Shown here: positions 24,046 through 37,861 of the stretch, one piece after another
How positions within the stretch are numbered: position 1 is the first letter of the stretch
Layout: each line of letters opens with the position of its first letter
Origin: Trichosphaerium sp. ATCC 40318
Lineage: Eukaryota > Protista > Tubulinea
Direction: 5' to 3'
Assembly: GCA_038496445.1 (NCBI GenBank)
Contig: JALMLS010000594.1
Location: 143,520 to 207,519, forward strand
Length of the DNA: 64,000 nt
Translations under genes and position numbers: made by a program
The notes under the pieces: generated by a model
Told to the model about the DNA's origin: nothing
The model's input: the letters and a program-made list of their open reading frames with translations, nothing else
Databases searched by the model: none

Positions 24046-26380
24046 TTACTTCTCCGCGGACGCAGCAATTAGTTTTGTTTGAGTATTGTGCCCAAAGGCA
24101 GGAAGCATACTACGCAATTTATTCAATTGCTCTAGAACCTCCATAGGGGTCTGATTAACGGCTGAGCATTCAGGTTGTTGTTTAAAATGGCCGATGAGAG
24201 TATTTGTTAGTGTTAGAGTCGATTTTAGGACTTCAACGAGATTATGTGATTTATTATCTAAGAATTAGGGTTAGTACATAAGGGAAATATAAAAGAAATA
24301 ATAAATGAACAGTTTAATCCACACGTAGATTAAAACCATTTACGCAAAAAAAAAAATACAAAAAAACCCATTAATACGTACATTGTCTGCGTCTACGTTT
24401 TGTTGTAGTGTTAGATCGCTTTATAGTACAGTGTTTTGCGGGTGTTTTGCCCTTAATATTACGTTTTTGTTGTTGTTGTGATAAATGTTTCCTACAAGGA
24501 AAAAAAACCGTTAGGACTCAAAATTAATCAACAAGTAGAGAGGAAAGAAAATGAGCCAAATTTAGGAATAATAAAAGGAAACTTGGCATAAAAAAAAAAG
24601 CAAAAAAAAAGTCAGAGTAACTGAATCAAGGGGTACTTACTCACGAAGTGGTGCCGAGAGGCGATGCAATGCATAGTTTGTGTTAAAGAGTTGATAGCGT
24701 TGTTCCTCGCTTAGTTTCAACTGAAAGTTTGCTTCGTGAGCGCAGCATTGCGCATTGATAGATGTGTATAGCCAATCTGGTGTAACCCTGAATATGCCCC
24801 ATTCGGTAGCATACCGGAACTTTAAACCAAGAGTAGACTAAAAAATAATCAATAAACAATATAAGAATACTCCCAAATCGTAGTATATATTTAACAAGAG
24901 CGAAAACGATGAAGAAAAAAAAAAAAAAAAGAACAAAACAAAAACCGTATTTGGTGGTTTTTTAATTTTTTGATTTTTTCACTACGCGCGTAAAGTCTGC
25001 ACATAAAGATGCTTCTCTTGCACGTAGTGAATGATAAGTAATCAAAAAAGCGGGGTATATTCTAGAAATATATAGTCCGCAGACAACTATAGTCGGTACA
25101 ATAAATTAAAAAAAAACACCGAAAGGATTCACAAAAAAATCAAACAGAAGACAAAAACGGCATGCCGTACCTTGGACAAAAGATGTGTGCACCGTTTAGA
25201 TAGGTGAGGTGTATAAACGCCGCCATGGCCCTCAACGAGTTGTTGCAGCTGTGCACGCATTGCTTGACATGACAGTTAGTGACATAAACACAGAGAGAAG
25301 GATAAAGAAGAGATTTCGTAAAACTTGTTTTCAAGAAAAAAGACATAGGAACTCGAGATTTTCTTGATCATTCATTTGTCACTCTTTGTTTTGATTTCTT
25401 TGGGTTTTTTTTTGAAGTTTTTGTGTATGTATGTACCTTGGCTGAATCCAGTAACAGATATCATCAAACCAGCAAATGGTGGTAGTTTAAAGTCATCAAT
25501 AGGTAATTGCTTACGTGCTTCCCAGCAACGCTGTATGTACAATGGGTGAAGCACAGGCACACCTAATTTGCATGCAAGCTATTTTCAAGAAACGTCAGAA
25601 AAAAACGAAATGGCGGTTATTTTAATGTCGAATTACAAAAAAATCTAAAACAAGGCACCAGGCGTACCTTATAATTTACAGAACCAACTCGTGGAGTTAT
25701 GAGGTAGTCAACTGACTGGTCGAACGTGGGAACACAAATACCACCCATAAAGGTCAATCTCGTGTGTAGCCCAGCCTTTAGAAGCGTATTAGTTTTGTTT
25801 TGTGATTGTAGCAATGCGAGTTGACAAAAAAAGCAAGGGACAAGTACTTGTTCGCTAAAAAATACTTTTAGGATTGTCTATGTACCTTGACATGAGGTGG
25901 CATAGTGCTAAAAGCGAAAGTTTTGCCCTCTAATGCCCGACACAAGATGGGATGCCCTGTGCTCGGCAGTTGGTGATTGTTTCGCATTGCATCCTCTAAA
26001 ATGGAGGTCCCTGTAGCGAGTTAGTTACGTGTGGTGGGTATTGACGGTCATATCGCTTAAAGAGGAATTCTGTACGGAGACGCACCAATAATATGCGCGC
26101 CACGCTTGCAAAGCTCAGTAAATAACGGCTAGGTAAAGTAAGCGTCTGTTTGTCCGATCTGAAAGGATCTCTCCCAGTCTGTTTTTTTTTGCTTAAAAGG
26201 GCCGTGATGTACCTGTTCAAAGTCGTCCATCACATACGTGACCTGGGACTTTTCCGAAGAGGCCGCTTGCGCGTAATTGTAATATGTGCCACCGCGCTCT
26301 GTTATTTCCTTTGCCAGCAACTCTTTATCACATACATTACATAAAACGAACGTTTGTTGCGAAAGTTTAAAGTTATTCAT
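24046..26380 (-). CDS. Triple-BRCT protein, TopBP1/Rad4/Dpb11 N-terminal-like
   Basis: BRCT signatures: EITERGG; LTFMGGICVPTFDQSVDYLI...LGVPVLHPLYIQRCW; FKLPPFAGLMISVTGFS...VEGHGGVYTPHLSKRCTHLL...KFRYATEWGIFRVTPDWL. Start uncertain. Confidence 0.75.
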
Positions 26381-27361
26381 TTGGGATTGTGTTGTTGAGT
26401 AAGTAGAGATGATGGTAGGAGGTGTGGTGGCTTCTAGGATAGAGGACAAAAAAAGAAACAAATATAAATTTAATAAAAAGTGCCGTTAGAATTTCAGAGG
26501 CTTTTTTCGCAAACTTTTTTGAGAAAGTCTTACATGTTCTAGAAACTGTTGCTGTTACGTGCGTATACCTCCGCGCGCCTAATATTTGAAATAATGGTAT
26601 TCATGAATAGTGAGCACACAAACTGAAATCGTTGCAGCGGTAATTTTTGCGCCATTAAATTCTATACAATGTATACAGTGGAATTCCGTAGTTTGGAGTA
26701 GAATTTACAAAATGGGAACAATTACCAACAAAACAACCAGAAATACAACCACTGACGCCATATATGCTGTATTTAGTGCCTATCTTGATTACCCGGACTT
26801 ATTGAAGTTATTACGATACTCTTTTGGTAAACCAGCGACATTTACACCAATACCTACTAAAAACAGCACCAAAAGTTATATTCCACATTCTTTTTTTACG
26901 TACTAAAATAATGGTATCTCACGTACTCGAATATTAAAAAAAGAAGCGCTTTTCTGCAATAAAACTAATGTCCAAACGCATAAATAGATTATACCAACTC
27001 CGTCAATAACATTTAGTTTGCTTTCACGCGTGAACACGTAAAGTAGAATAGATGTGCGTATATCTTCAGTTTAAAACTGTGTAGCCTGTATTGGCGTTAT
27101 ACAGACGGAAGTTCTCAAAAGTAGATTGAGTTTGGTGTTCTTGCAAGCCAAAAATGCGCATAGTGGTGTTTCGGAAACGGAGAAGATATTAAGAGGGGAG
27201 TTTCAGCTGTTCTTGATTTAATAGCGCTTTCCTAGTTAGCCTAAACTCAAAACATCTTTTACCTATCGTTGTTGTGGATACTATCGGGTTTGGGTACATC
27301 TTTTTCCTCCTTCATGAATTGTGTAACTCGCATGCGAAGCAAACGACTTAACCTTTTGCTG

Positions 27362-27380
27362 TTGGCGCGAATTTTTCAAA
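27362..27380 (+). promoter_or_regulatory. E2F/CHR-like (DREAM-type) element
   Basis: TTGGCGCG-AATTT-TTCAAA lies about 10 nt upstream of the primase ATG. A related GCGCGCC-TAATA-TTTGAA lies at about 26573-26590. Confidence 0.45.
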
Positions 27381-27390
27381 ACATCTCAAA

Positions 27391-29634
27391 ATGACCGCCA
27401 TGGACGTAGATGTTCCTGCTGGCGTTGGTAAGTAAAAGAATTAGAAAGCGCGGGCTAAAATTGTTGTTAGATGACCCAAATGTCCCTGCATATTATCCAG
27501 AGGAGTTAAAGGCTTTCTACAGTACGTTACACGTATAATGTTAAACCAACCGAAATGTAGAGCGCTTGTTTCCTTTTGAAAAGATGTATGACTGGCTCAG
27601 TTATGGCGGTAAACTAATTTGGCGTATAAACCAACGCTTATAAGGCTTAGATAAGGATTATTTTGCAAGGCGCGAATTTACATACACGTTTGATTCTATA
27701 TTCTCCAGATACCATTGCTACAACGTACGGAGTGATCACTTGGCGTTCTTTTTAACTAAAACAATCAAAAGGACGTTCAAACCTGGGCAAGAAAGTTTAG
27801 AGCTTCTAACCCTGAGCGTATGGATATAGGCGCTGTGTTTAACATACAAGTACGCACCAACTTCAAAACGAAGAGAAAAGTTTTTTTGAATTTTGTTTCA
27901 CTTGTACTTATTCGACTTGCTCGTAGCCCAACAAGCTTAATAAAATGAGACCAGAGGCTCTTGTTGCACAGCAAAAAGAATTGGTATTCGATGTGGATAT
28001 GGACGATTTTAACGATGTTCGGCACGTGAATGAAGTGATTTTTTTTTTCTTCATTTTTTTGTATTCTTCCAAGTCTTCTTACAGTTTTTTGCAGCTCGAA
28101 TATCGATAATTCACTTCCTGGTATCAGAAATGATTGGGCGTTTATGACAATTACTGTCAAAGTACTTGATAGAGCATTAAGAGGTATGTTGTATTATGAA
28201 AGCGCGTAAAAGGCTTCATTGTCTGATTTTTTTTGTCAAGAGGATTTTGGCTTTGAGCATTTGTTGTGGGTATACTCTGGACGTCGTGGTGTGCATTGTT
28301 GGGTGTGTGATAAGCGCGCAAGAGGTACGAACGTGGAAAATCAATTGAAACAATTTTTGGTTGCAAAGGCACCTCCTGACTCGAGTCATTGAGTGGTGAC
28401 GCTTAATTGTTTTATTTACAATTTATTAGAATTAAGCGAGCATGCGCGTAAAGCTGTTGTTAGCTACCTTAAGGCTGTCGTCGTAGTTGACTCTGATAAA
28501 CCACAACAACCTAAAATCAATAACCAACTTCATCCACTCTTTGCGTACGTCCGAAGATATTTTAGAATTCCAGATTTTTTTTTTGATTTCTAGTTTGGGT
28601 TTGCTTGCTTACTGGGTATTTAGGAGAACCTATGATACTATTTTATTACCTTATTTTGAGAATCACGTCATTCTCGAACAACGTCTTTTTGAAGAACAAG
28701 ATAACTGGAATAGGCTTTTAAGCTTCTGTGGGTATCCAGGTACGCAGTGAGGGATCTATTCTAAACAAAAAAGAAAAAAAATAGAACAAAAAATCTACGC
28801 GCGTAGATGATACTAAAACTAAGCTTTTAGATATTGCCAAACAGCTTGATAAAGACTTTTCTTCACAAGAAAAGACACCAGAAGAGCGATGGGCTTCAAC
28901 TAAAGCATCATTACTAAACGCATACAACGTAAGGAAGCTTTTTTTGAGTGTTGACGGATTTTTTTTTTTTTTGGCTACGCGCTTACAAGTTTTGTAGAAA
29001 GATCTTAAGAGTAGAAAGAGGCCACCTTGTAACCCAGTTCATAAGATTGTCATGGCATATACATGGCCAAGACTTGATGAAAACGTATCATACGTAAGTG
29101 TTCAGGCTTTTATTTTTTGTTTTCTTTCACTTCTTGTTGATGTTTTTGCTACGATTGCAACCTGTTGTTATGTGTTTGAAGCGTTTTGTTAATTATTTAT
29201 TGTAGAAACTCAACCATTTACTCAAGAGTCCTTTCGTTGTTCATCCAAAGACTGGTAAAGTACGTAGCTTGCACTAGAGCACTAAGCTTTTTTTTTCTCC
29301 TATTCTACAAACTTACATCGTTTGCTAGGTTTGTGTTCCTTTTGACCCTAGCACTTGTGAGAACTTTGATTTGAATGATGTTCCTAATGTCCGTACACTT
29401 ATGTCAGAAATGAGTCCTCCTGGAGAGGCAAAGGAGGGTCAAGGTGAGTCTTGGGCTGACTTTTTAACCAAAAAAAAGAGCGAGAAGAAGAAAAAACGTT
29501 TTGTGTTAATGGCTTTTTTTGTAGATTACAAAACGACGTCCCTAAAGAAGTCTATGAAAGTATTCCAGGACTTTTTAAGCAAACTTAGCCGTAGTCAAAG
29601 AAGTGAGGCTGCAAATGACTCTATGGAGTTTTAA
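27391..29634 (+). CDS. PRIM1: DNA primase small (catalytic) subunit
   Basis: [89 protein letters not shown]. Confidence 0.93.
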
Positions 29635-30271
29635 AGAAAAAAAGAAGAAAAAAATAAGATTACCTAATCTCTCTTGTACATCATTGTTGTGAAAAAAAAA
29701 AATATAAGGAACCTCAAGTTATAGATAAGTTACCATAGCGTATTATTCATAAACGTATCTTGAAATTCGTGGTATAACTTATAGTCTATTTTGTTGCAAA
29801 TCCACGGAGTTTTCAATATTTTCAGAAAAAATTACCAGACCTTTTTAAAACGTTGAGAACTTTCATTTCCTAGCGGAAACATAACGGTTAGAAAGTAGCT
29901 GTAGGAATTGAGCTGGATTATCGACAAACAAGATTATCTACAGTCACATTTATAAACGCCTTACACAACTAGAGTGTCATGCTACCAAATATTTTTTGTA
30001 TTTGCATCAACGCAAGTGATGCCTATCATGGTCATCTATCCTAAACCGTGTATTTTGGGCAAATACAAAAATAGAAAATACAAACATTGTATCCTTTAAG
30101 CAAACTCTTCACGATCCACATTTGCAGTCTTAACACTTGAGTGTGCCTCAGATTTAGTGCAACCGGCTAAGCTGCATCCTAGATAGTATTTGCTCATTCA
30201 TCAAGGAGCCAGTTTAAAAAAGTCAACGAAAAGACTTATTTGGTGATACCAGAACGCTACAAGATCAAACC

Positions 30272-31408
30272 TTGATGGAAACAGCGATAAAACAAGTTAA
30301 TCTTATTGAAGAGCTTCCACCAGAGACATTAACACTTACTCTTCGTTATTTAAATAGAAAACAGCGTATCACAGCTTCATCAGTGTCTCACCTGTTTAAT
30401 AACGTTATTCGTCACAATATTGGCTTTGAAAAGATCAAATTGACAGAATCATCAGATTGTCACGTGTTAAAAGGCAGTCCGTTGCTTAAGAACACTACAA
30501 TTTCTTCTTTTCGGCTTAAAGTATCAGCAAGTGACTTGGCTTGTCTTTGTGGTGTCCACACGATATCTCTGGGCTCTTCAAACGTCACTGATGAAGGTGT
30601 ACTTTCTTTATTACAACATGGACAACACAGTGTTCATACAATCAACCTGGCATGTACAGATATCACAGATGTTTCATTGAAGGCACTTAGCAGCACCGTA
30701 CACACGATTAACATTGCCAGATGCAAGAACATTAGTGATGAAGGTGTTAAAGCACTTAATCATGTTCACCGATTAATACTTTGTAAACCACGTGAGTCTT
30801 GGTTCAAATATCTCGCCAACATCCACACACTTAAGATTTACAAAGCAGATTCCTTTACAGATGAAGCAGCTAGATTATTAACTAACGTCAAAGTCTTACA
30901 TCTTTCTTATTGTGACACAGTTACAGACAATGGATTAAAAGATCTGGTCAATCTTGTTCGTCTTGATATTAGAACATGTGATAGTATCAATTACTCATGC
31001 CTACATAGTTTGATAAACCTTAAATATCTCACAATAAGGGAGCTTTTAAAGGAAATAACTGATGACAAATTGAAGTATTTGACAAATCTGGAAAGTCTTG
31101 TTCTTTTAAAATGTGGTAGTATAACTGATGAAGGAATGAAGCACTTGGTTAACCTTAAACAACTACTTCTTTGGAGCTGTGTTAAGATAAGAAACTCAGG
31201 ATTGAAACACTTGATCAACTTAGAATACCTCATTCTTATGCACTGCAAGAATATAACAAATGATTGTTTGAAACATTTGATATCTCTTAAATGTATTAGG
31301 ATCTCTGGTGAAAGCCGTATTACAAATGAATGTACTGATAAATTGGGTGTTACTATGAATAGGCGTGACACTGTTGATGTATATGAACCTTTTCGATATT
31401 TTAACTGA
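30272..31408 (+). CDS. F-box/LRR protein (intronless)
   Basis: LIEELPPETLTLTLRYL...SSVSHLF followed by about 11 LRRs (ITDEGMKHLVNLKQLLL). Confidence 0.85.
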   Translation: MMETAIKQVNLIEELPPETLTLTLRYLNRKQRITASSVSHLFNNVIRHNIGFEKIKLTESSDCHVLKGSPLLKNTTISSFRLKVSASDLACLCGVHTISLGSSNVTDEGVLSLLQHGQHSVHTINLACTDITDVSLKALSSTVHTINIARCKNISDEGVKALNHVHRLILCKPRESWFKYLANIHTLKIYKADSFTDEAARLLTNVKVLHLSYCDTVTDNGLKDLVNLVRLDIRTCDSINYSCLHSLINLKYLTIRELLKEITDDKLKYLTNLESLVLLKCGSITDEGMKHLVNLKQLLLWSCVKIRNSGLKHLINLEYLILMHCKNITNDCLKHLISLKCIRISGESRITNECTDKLGVTMNRRDTVDVYEPFRYFN

Positions 31409-31864
31409 CTAACAACTTACTGTAATAAATAGTCACGTGATTTTGTTCACTTATCAAAGTAGGATTTGTATGAGTGTACATACATTTGATATAGTTGCAA
31501 GAGCATCAGTTACTTCTCTATCATTTCTATACGTATTGCTTTGAAGCATTTCAAACGTGCGTGTTATTGGCGATGTACAGCTGAGGTACTATTGTATTAA
31601 CAAAATGTGCTTAAACATGGTACTGGGATAAAAGCATTGTAGATCATTAATATGTGGTGTCCAAAGAATCGATTTAAATTACAATCAACATTGAAATTTT
31701 AATCGATTTGTCGTACTTGATTGTGGCGAGTTGTTAGTGCGAGTAAGTGTTTTGATGATACAGTAACTGATAGCAAGTCATTTGTTTGCAAATATGAAAA
31801 AATTGGGCTCCTAAAGAGGTGTCAAACGCTTTTTTAACAAAAGCTTTGCTTTCATTGTTGAGCT

Positions 31865-33383
31865 TTAGTTTGTTTTTATTACACGTCTAGCTTTATTTAC
31901 AGTTTTATGAAATGCTTTTCGTTGCTCTCTATCTATTTTATAGTATTGTGGGCTAATACTCAAATCATTATTAACACGTAATACAACTCCTATACCATGT
32001 AAGTCAGGAGAGACAAATAGATTTGTGAATGATCCAATTTTAAAATGTGAAAAAAAAAACTCAAGTGGGCTATTTGTTGGTGTCATTCTCGCTTGTCATA
32101 AGTTTTTTTCTCGTACCGTTGTTGTCACACCGATCACAATAATCTGATGCACTGAAAATATGATGTATGTTATCATCGTGAGCTGTGATATATCCTTCAA
32201 TCATCATCTTATGGGAGCTTATAATACTCTTCAAGTTATTCGTTTTAAGGAAATTCTGTGTAATATCTTGTCCAAATGTTTTCCCTGTTTCAAACAAGTC
32301 AACACTCACTCTGAACTGTGATTTCAAATCAGCTTACCACAATTCGGATTGATAAACCATCCGTCATGGCCTTCATACTCTGACCAAAGAATATCATACA
32401 CCAAGCCCTTATAAGGTACCTCCTTAAATCTATCAATTGAAGTTATGTCATTAAGTGTCGTTACTAACGGACTAAGACCGCTATTAACACAAAAGTACGT
32501 ATTCCCAACAGTAGCAGCTAAAACAGAAGAAGTGTGAGAATAACTGAATACAAAATTTCTTTAGAATAGTACCAAGAGGGAGAGCATCAAATGCAAAATT
32601 AACTACATGCCAAATATGTTGATTGTAATATTTTATGCATTCATCAGTAAAACCAAACACATGAGCCATAGTTCGTGTATCATGACGACCTCGTAGTAAA
32701 TGTATTCTATTAGGATACAAAATCTTTAAAGCGAATAATAGTGCTACAACACGGATAGAACAGAAACCTCTAACAATTAAAAAAAATTAGTTGAAGAAAA
32801 AGAAGAAAAAAAGAGGAAAAACAAACACGTGATTGAACATTTACTTGTTGATATAGTTTCCTAGAAATAGAAAATTTGTATCTGATGGCATCCCCTCTAT
32901 TTTAAAGACCTCAATCAAATCTGCAAAATGACCATGAATACTACCAACAACAGATATAGGAGCATCGATAGTAAGAACATTTTTTTCTTTTTGTAAAACT
33001 TTCGTTGCTTGTGTTGCAATTACTTCCAGCGTTTCTATTGTAATTGGCTTATGAGACATGCAAGCATCTATCATCAAGCTCGCCAAGGCATTTATATCAT
33101 ATGAGTTGATAAAGGCGAAGCGTGGATCCATCTACAAAGTCATCATCCCAAAACAGCTCTTACAGTCCAGTTTTACAACACGTACGTGTGTCGTGTCTGT
33201 TTTGACACCCTCAATTGGCTGAAGGCCTGTGTTACGTAATATAAACGTCCAGAAACGCTCATTGCTTATTATTCCACGTAAATAGACGCAAGAGGCGTTT
33301 AAACAGACGATATCTGCGTATTTTAACGAAGTAGTTATTTTAAACAGCGTCTCTGTTGGTAGACGCAGTAAGTGAGCTGTCAT
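31865..33383 (-). CDS. F-box fused to PP2A-like PPP-family pseudophosphatase
   Basis: N-terminal F-box LLRLPTETLFKITTSLKYADIVCLNASCVYLRGII...FW, spliced in phase 0 to a full PPP fold. Motifs are degenerate: GSIHG, GNYINRG, RGRHD, CVNSG, SSH. Confidence 0.85.
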
Positions 33384-33645
33384 GCTAAAGAAAAGACTGT
33401 CTAGGCACAAAAAACAAAAACTAGCTAATCTAAGAAAAGTGACTTAACTGATATGCCAACACGTTTATGAGTGCCAGCGAACGATATTATAGCTTCAAAA
33501 CTGTCAGTTGGCTCAATAGCAGCCAACAACAATTCTGGGACAGTAAATACCTTCTCCGTTTGTGATTTGTCCACGTGCTATTGAAATGGTTTGACAAATT
33601 TTGTCAAAAACTGTTTCTTGCTTTACAGATTCGCTTTCACAAAAC

Positions 33646-36600
33646 ATGAATTACATCGTATTATTACTTGTGACCACGTGTCTGTTCTGGCTAACAACAG
33701 TACACAACCTACAACCAAGAATTAACTAAAATAGGCTGTAGGCAACTGAAGACGTTGGTTTTCTCGACATTACTTTGTCTCCTTACAACGCAGACCCTTC
33801 AGGCGCTAGTGATTCTACAATACCAATCCAAAAAGCTGTAGAGGTACAAGACAGCTCTAATATAATCATAAACTATTTCTAATGACATGTAGTACGCTAG
33901 AGTCAACAGCTTGGTTGTTTTCTTTCCTAAAGGTAAAGCACAGTGAACACGTGATTATTCTTGCGTTCGTTTTGAACATTTCATGCGAAGTTTCGTTAAC
34001 CTCAATCTAACATATCGCTAAGGTCAATATGTTATAACCGATACGATAAATTGCACCAGCGGTTACATGCCAGCAAACCCCTTGAACCCGCGGTTAGTAT
34101 TGCAGTACACGTGATTATTCTTAACTCATGTCCCTTTGTAGTTCATACCCAAACGCTTTAGTTGGACAAGTACCAGCTTCTGGTAATGTTGAGGATAGAC
34201 CGACACTAATAGTCAAACAATCAACACCTGGTTTTACTGATGCAGATCTTCCTAAATATGTTGTTCATTTCTGGACATACGGTACGTGCCTTTTCAATAA
34301 CTTTATCTAAATGCGGGTAAAAAGGAAAGACAAAAAATGTAGAACCTAACGTAAACTTCAATCAAATATTCCAGGGCATCAATATCAAGTATGTACATTG
34401 CTACACGTGCGAACCGTATCGTTAACTTATGCATAGAGTTGAGAAAGGAAACTATGGCGCTATTGGTATTAGACATAGGTACACAGTACTATCAATTGAC
34501 ATGTTATAAATCGTGTATTTTAGAGCAGCACAAGGATCAAGTATTCAAGACGTTTTTATTGAATTAGAAGATGGCACTGCAGGCGTACAGGTAAATTCTT
34601 GTTTCACACTTATTTGAATGACTTACCACAATTTTAAAAGGGCGCTGCTGGAAGTGGTGGAAGCCATATTGGTATCACTGTACATGGAGGTAGATTTGGT
34701 CTTGATTTGAGAGAAGCTCAGCCAGCACCAACAGTACCAATCTAATCGAAAATTTTCTTGTGTTTTGAAGTCGTTTTCGTATTCTCATTTTCGAATCTAC
34801 AACTTGTTTTCTAAGTTTCCGTTTTCTCATTATCGTGTTGTAGATAACAGGAATGACACTTATAAATCAATCATGTTCAGCAATATTATACGAAGGTAAG
34901 TTGTAAGGTGTTTTGTGGGTGACTGAAACTCTAGTTAGGTTTGCAAACGCTTACGGCAGTTGGTATAAACATACAAGCAAGTGAAACCAAATATTGAATA
35001 CGTACTTAATCTGACTTCTAGGTTGGAACTCATGAATCTACTGAACCAGCAATACGAATAACCACTGACGATACAATGCCTACAAACCCTAAATGCAAAG
35101 TACCCTTTACAAAAAGCAACCCACAAGTACTAAAACTACTTTGATTCGTTTCAAATCTAATAATTTAGACATCACCACCGGCCTTATCAGGACAAGTTAG
35201 TCTTGTAGACTCTTCTATAGAATACATTCAATATGATAAATCATCTATTGGGATCATTACTGCACGTGACATATACTTACAAAACGTGTACTTTAAGGTA
35301 TTATTGTCAGCTTTTGTTGTATGTTTTCCTTACACTTATGTTTAGAATTGTGGTCAGTTAGTTTCTATTCCTACTCTCAAATATGTTGTCAACTCTGAGT
35401 ACCCTGATTCATGGACAACGTGAGTAATAGTGATTTATACCTGTTAATATCACTAACTATCGAAAAGGATCAACGAGTATGCAAAAGGAGTAAAGCCTCC
35501 TGTATATTATTCGAAAGAGAAACCGTACTAAAACTATAATATGATAGCGCTGACAGACCGCAAGGTTCCAATATGAGTCTCCAACGTATATTAATGGCAA
35601 ACGCACATTTGACGAGATTAGAGATATTACGTATAAAACCGACCCACCTTCGGATTTACAAGTACTGTGTTCAATACAATATGACAGTACTAAAACTAAA
35701 TTTTAGGAACAACATTTATGGAAGTTTACTACTTTTCCTTCTTTTCAAAGTAGTGATGCTGTAAACGTCAAACTTGCTCCATACAACGCCAAAGGGTAAT
35801 GTTTAATATCTCTTTAACATTGAATTATTAACACAAGAGAATAAGAGATGGACTCACAGATGACACCAAAGCAATACAAGATGCTCTTGATCAAAATCCA
35901 AACGGAATTGTATTTCTACCCAAAGGTACTCCCTTCCTATCAAATTGTTTGTTATTGACAAACAAAAGGTTACTATCGCGTTTCTAAAACGCTTAAAATG
36001 GCACCAGGACAAAGCCTTGTTGGCATAGGTAAAAAAGCAATAAGATAGTTCACAGTTTTCTCATTTATTTCTTACTATATGTTTATTTTAAGCTCGTCAT
36101 CTTACATTCATTGCTCCTGTAACAGATGGCCTTGGTGGAAACCCTGTTGTTGAAACAAGTGATTCTCACAATATCATAGCTTTCTTGTCAGTCAAGGTTT
36201 GTAATACGTTTTGTATGTCCCGCTAAGCTGTGGTTAGGCGTATTGGCATTTGAAAACAGATTATGCAATTCGTTGGTTGGCAAAGAGGCACAATTCTTTT
36301 TCTCTCATTTTCTCTTCTCTTACACGTGATTATTAGCGATCAAGCTATTTATAGACAGGTGCATACAGATCGAGCTAAAGAGTGTTGGGAACTGGTTTAT
36401 CTATTAAAAATCAAAGTACCTTGTAAGAATGCAACGAATATTACTGTACCTTTGAATATCGTTTCTGGTAAGAACACCGTTTTATTTTTGTTTTACATAG
36501 ATCTAATGCCAATGATTGTAGGCAGTGGTGGTCGTTTTTACAACTTTTTTCAGGAGAACTGGCAATATCAGGTAAATCCATATCACGTGATAATCACGTG

Positions 36601-37400
36601 TATTTTATTTTTGACACCACTTTCGATAGGACCCAGGAGCTCGTCATTTAAAGATAGTAAATGCATCAAACATAAGGTGAGTGTTATCAAGTTTAAAAAA
36701 CATCAAATAGCTGATACAGTTGCCTCCAAACAGATGTTATCAATGCAACACTGAACATGGAAGAGGAGATGCCAATTTCGAAATATCAAACTCACACCAT
36801 ATTGATATTTACAGCATCAAAAGCGAAGGCAATTTCCCGGTAAGTGTCCAAAGAAGCTAGCATAAGGCACTTCTATTTATCTTCATGTTTAGGTACTTTG
36901 GGTAAGAGACAGCAACTTTATCAGTGTTTACGGGTATGGCGGAATAGCTTCGCCTTTACCTAATAATACTCACTACCCTCCCGGATACTCATTGATAACA
37001 CCAACTTTATTTCGCATGGAGAATGTAAGACGACAAAAACCACGTACTTCTATTGTTTTAATATGTTTATTTCAGACACCAAACTACATGTTGGCAAATC
37101 TATGGGACTATGGACATGTTCAAGGTGGCAATTGGTTCGATTTTTTTGGAATAGGTATTGTTACTGTTTGTTATTTTAAGTGCCAGTACTTACATGCTTA
37201 GGTGTAAATCCGAAACTATGGAACTTTGCAGTGGACATTAGAAATAACAATGCAATTGTATGTCCTTTTTGAAACTAGTCCCCAAGTGCTGTACTGATCG
37301 AAACTTTTAGGTGCCAACTTGTCCATCGCCCAACAAAGGAGAGCTATTTACTTGTGTCCTCGATAGACCTATTATCATGAAACATAGTAGTACTGTCTAA
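33646..37400 (+). CDS. Secreted double beta-helix glycosidase (Pectate_lyase_3/GH55-like), copy A
   Basis: Signal peptide. Two Pectate_lyase_3 starts: PYNADPSGASDSTIPIQKAV...VVFFPKGQY and APYNAKGDGLTDDTKAIQDAL...IVFLPKGYY. About 25 introns. Confidence 0.8.
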
Positions 37401-37861
37401 GCAAAGAGAAACAAAGCTCAGTGTTTTCGTTTATATGCTCATATTTGTGCAATGTAAACGTGACGAAATAAAACTGTTGCAGCTCAAAGTATCTTTTTTG
37501 TTTACCAATTACTTCAAGCCACGAGAATGTTATTTGTACTATACTTTGCAACCTTAACCGTTGAAGCAATAGGCCGCCGCTGTCGGACATGTGATTGGCG
37601 CTGCATGCAGCGAAAATATTGTTTAAATACCACCCAATTATTTATTGAATGCCGTGTTTCACAAGTTTCAGACAAGCTTACTTTGTACAAAAGGTTGTGA
37701 GAGTCACTTAAACACTACTTTCCTACAATAAAGTGATGAGGTCAAGGAGTGACCACTTCAAATGGAGTTCAACAATAAAACTAGCGAGCGAAAGAAGAAA
37801 TCTAACTTTATTGCAGTTACACAAAGTAACTCTATTACACTGGGCACACTCAAGAGCAAAT

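Noticed and set aside
26610-26906. Possible seventh F-box (DAIYAVFSAYLDYPDLLKL)
   Set aside because: It lacks the LP core and no downstream exons could be joined convincingly.
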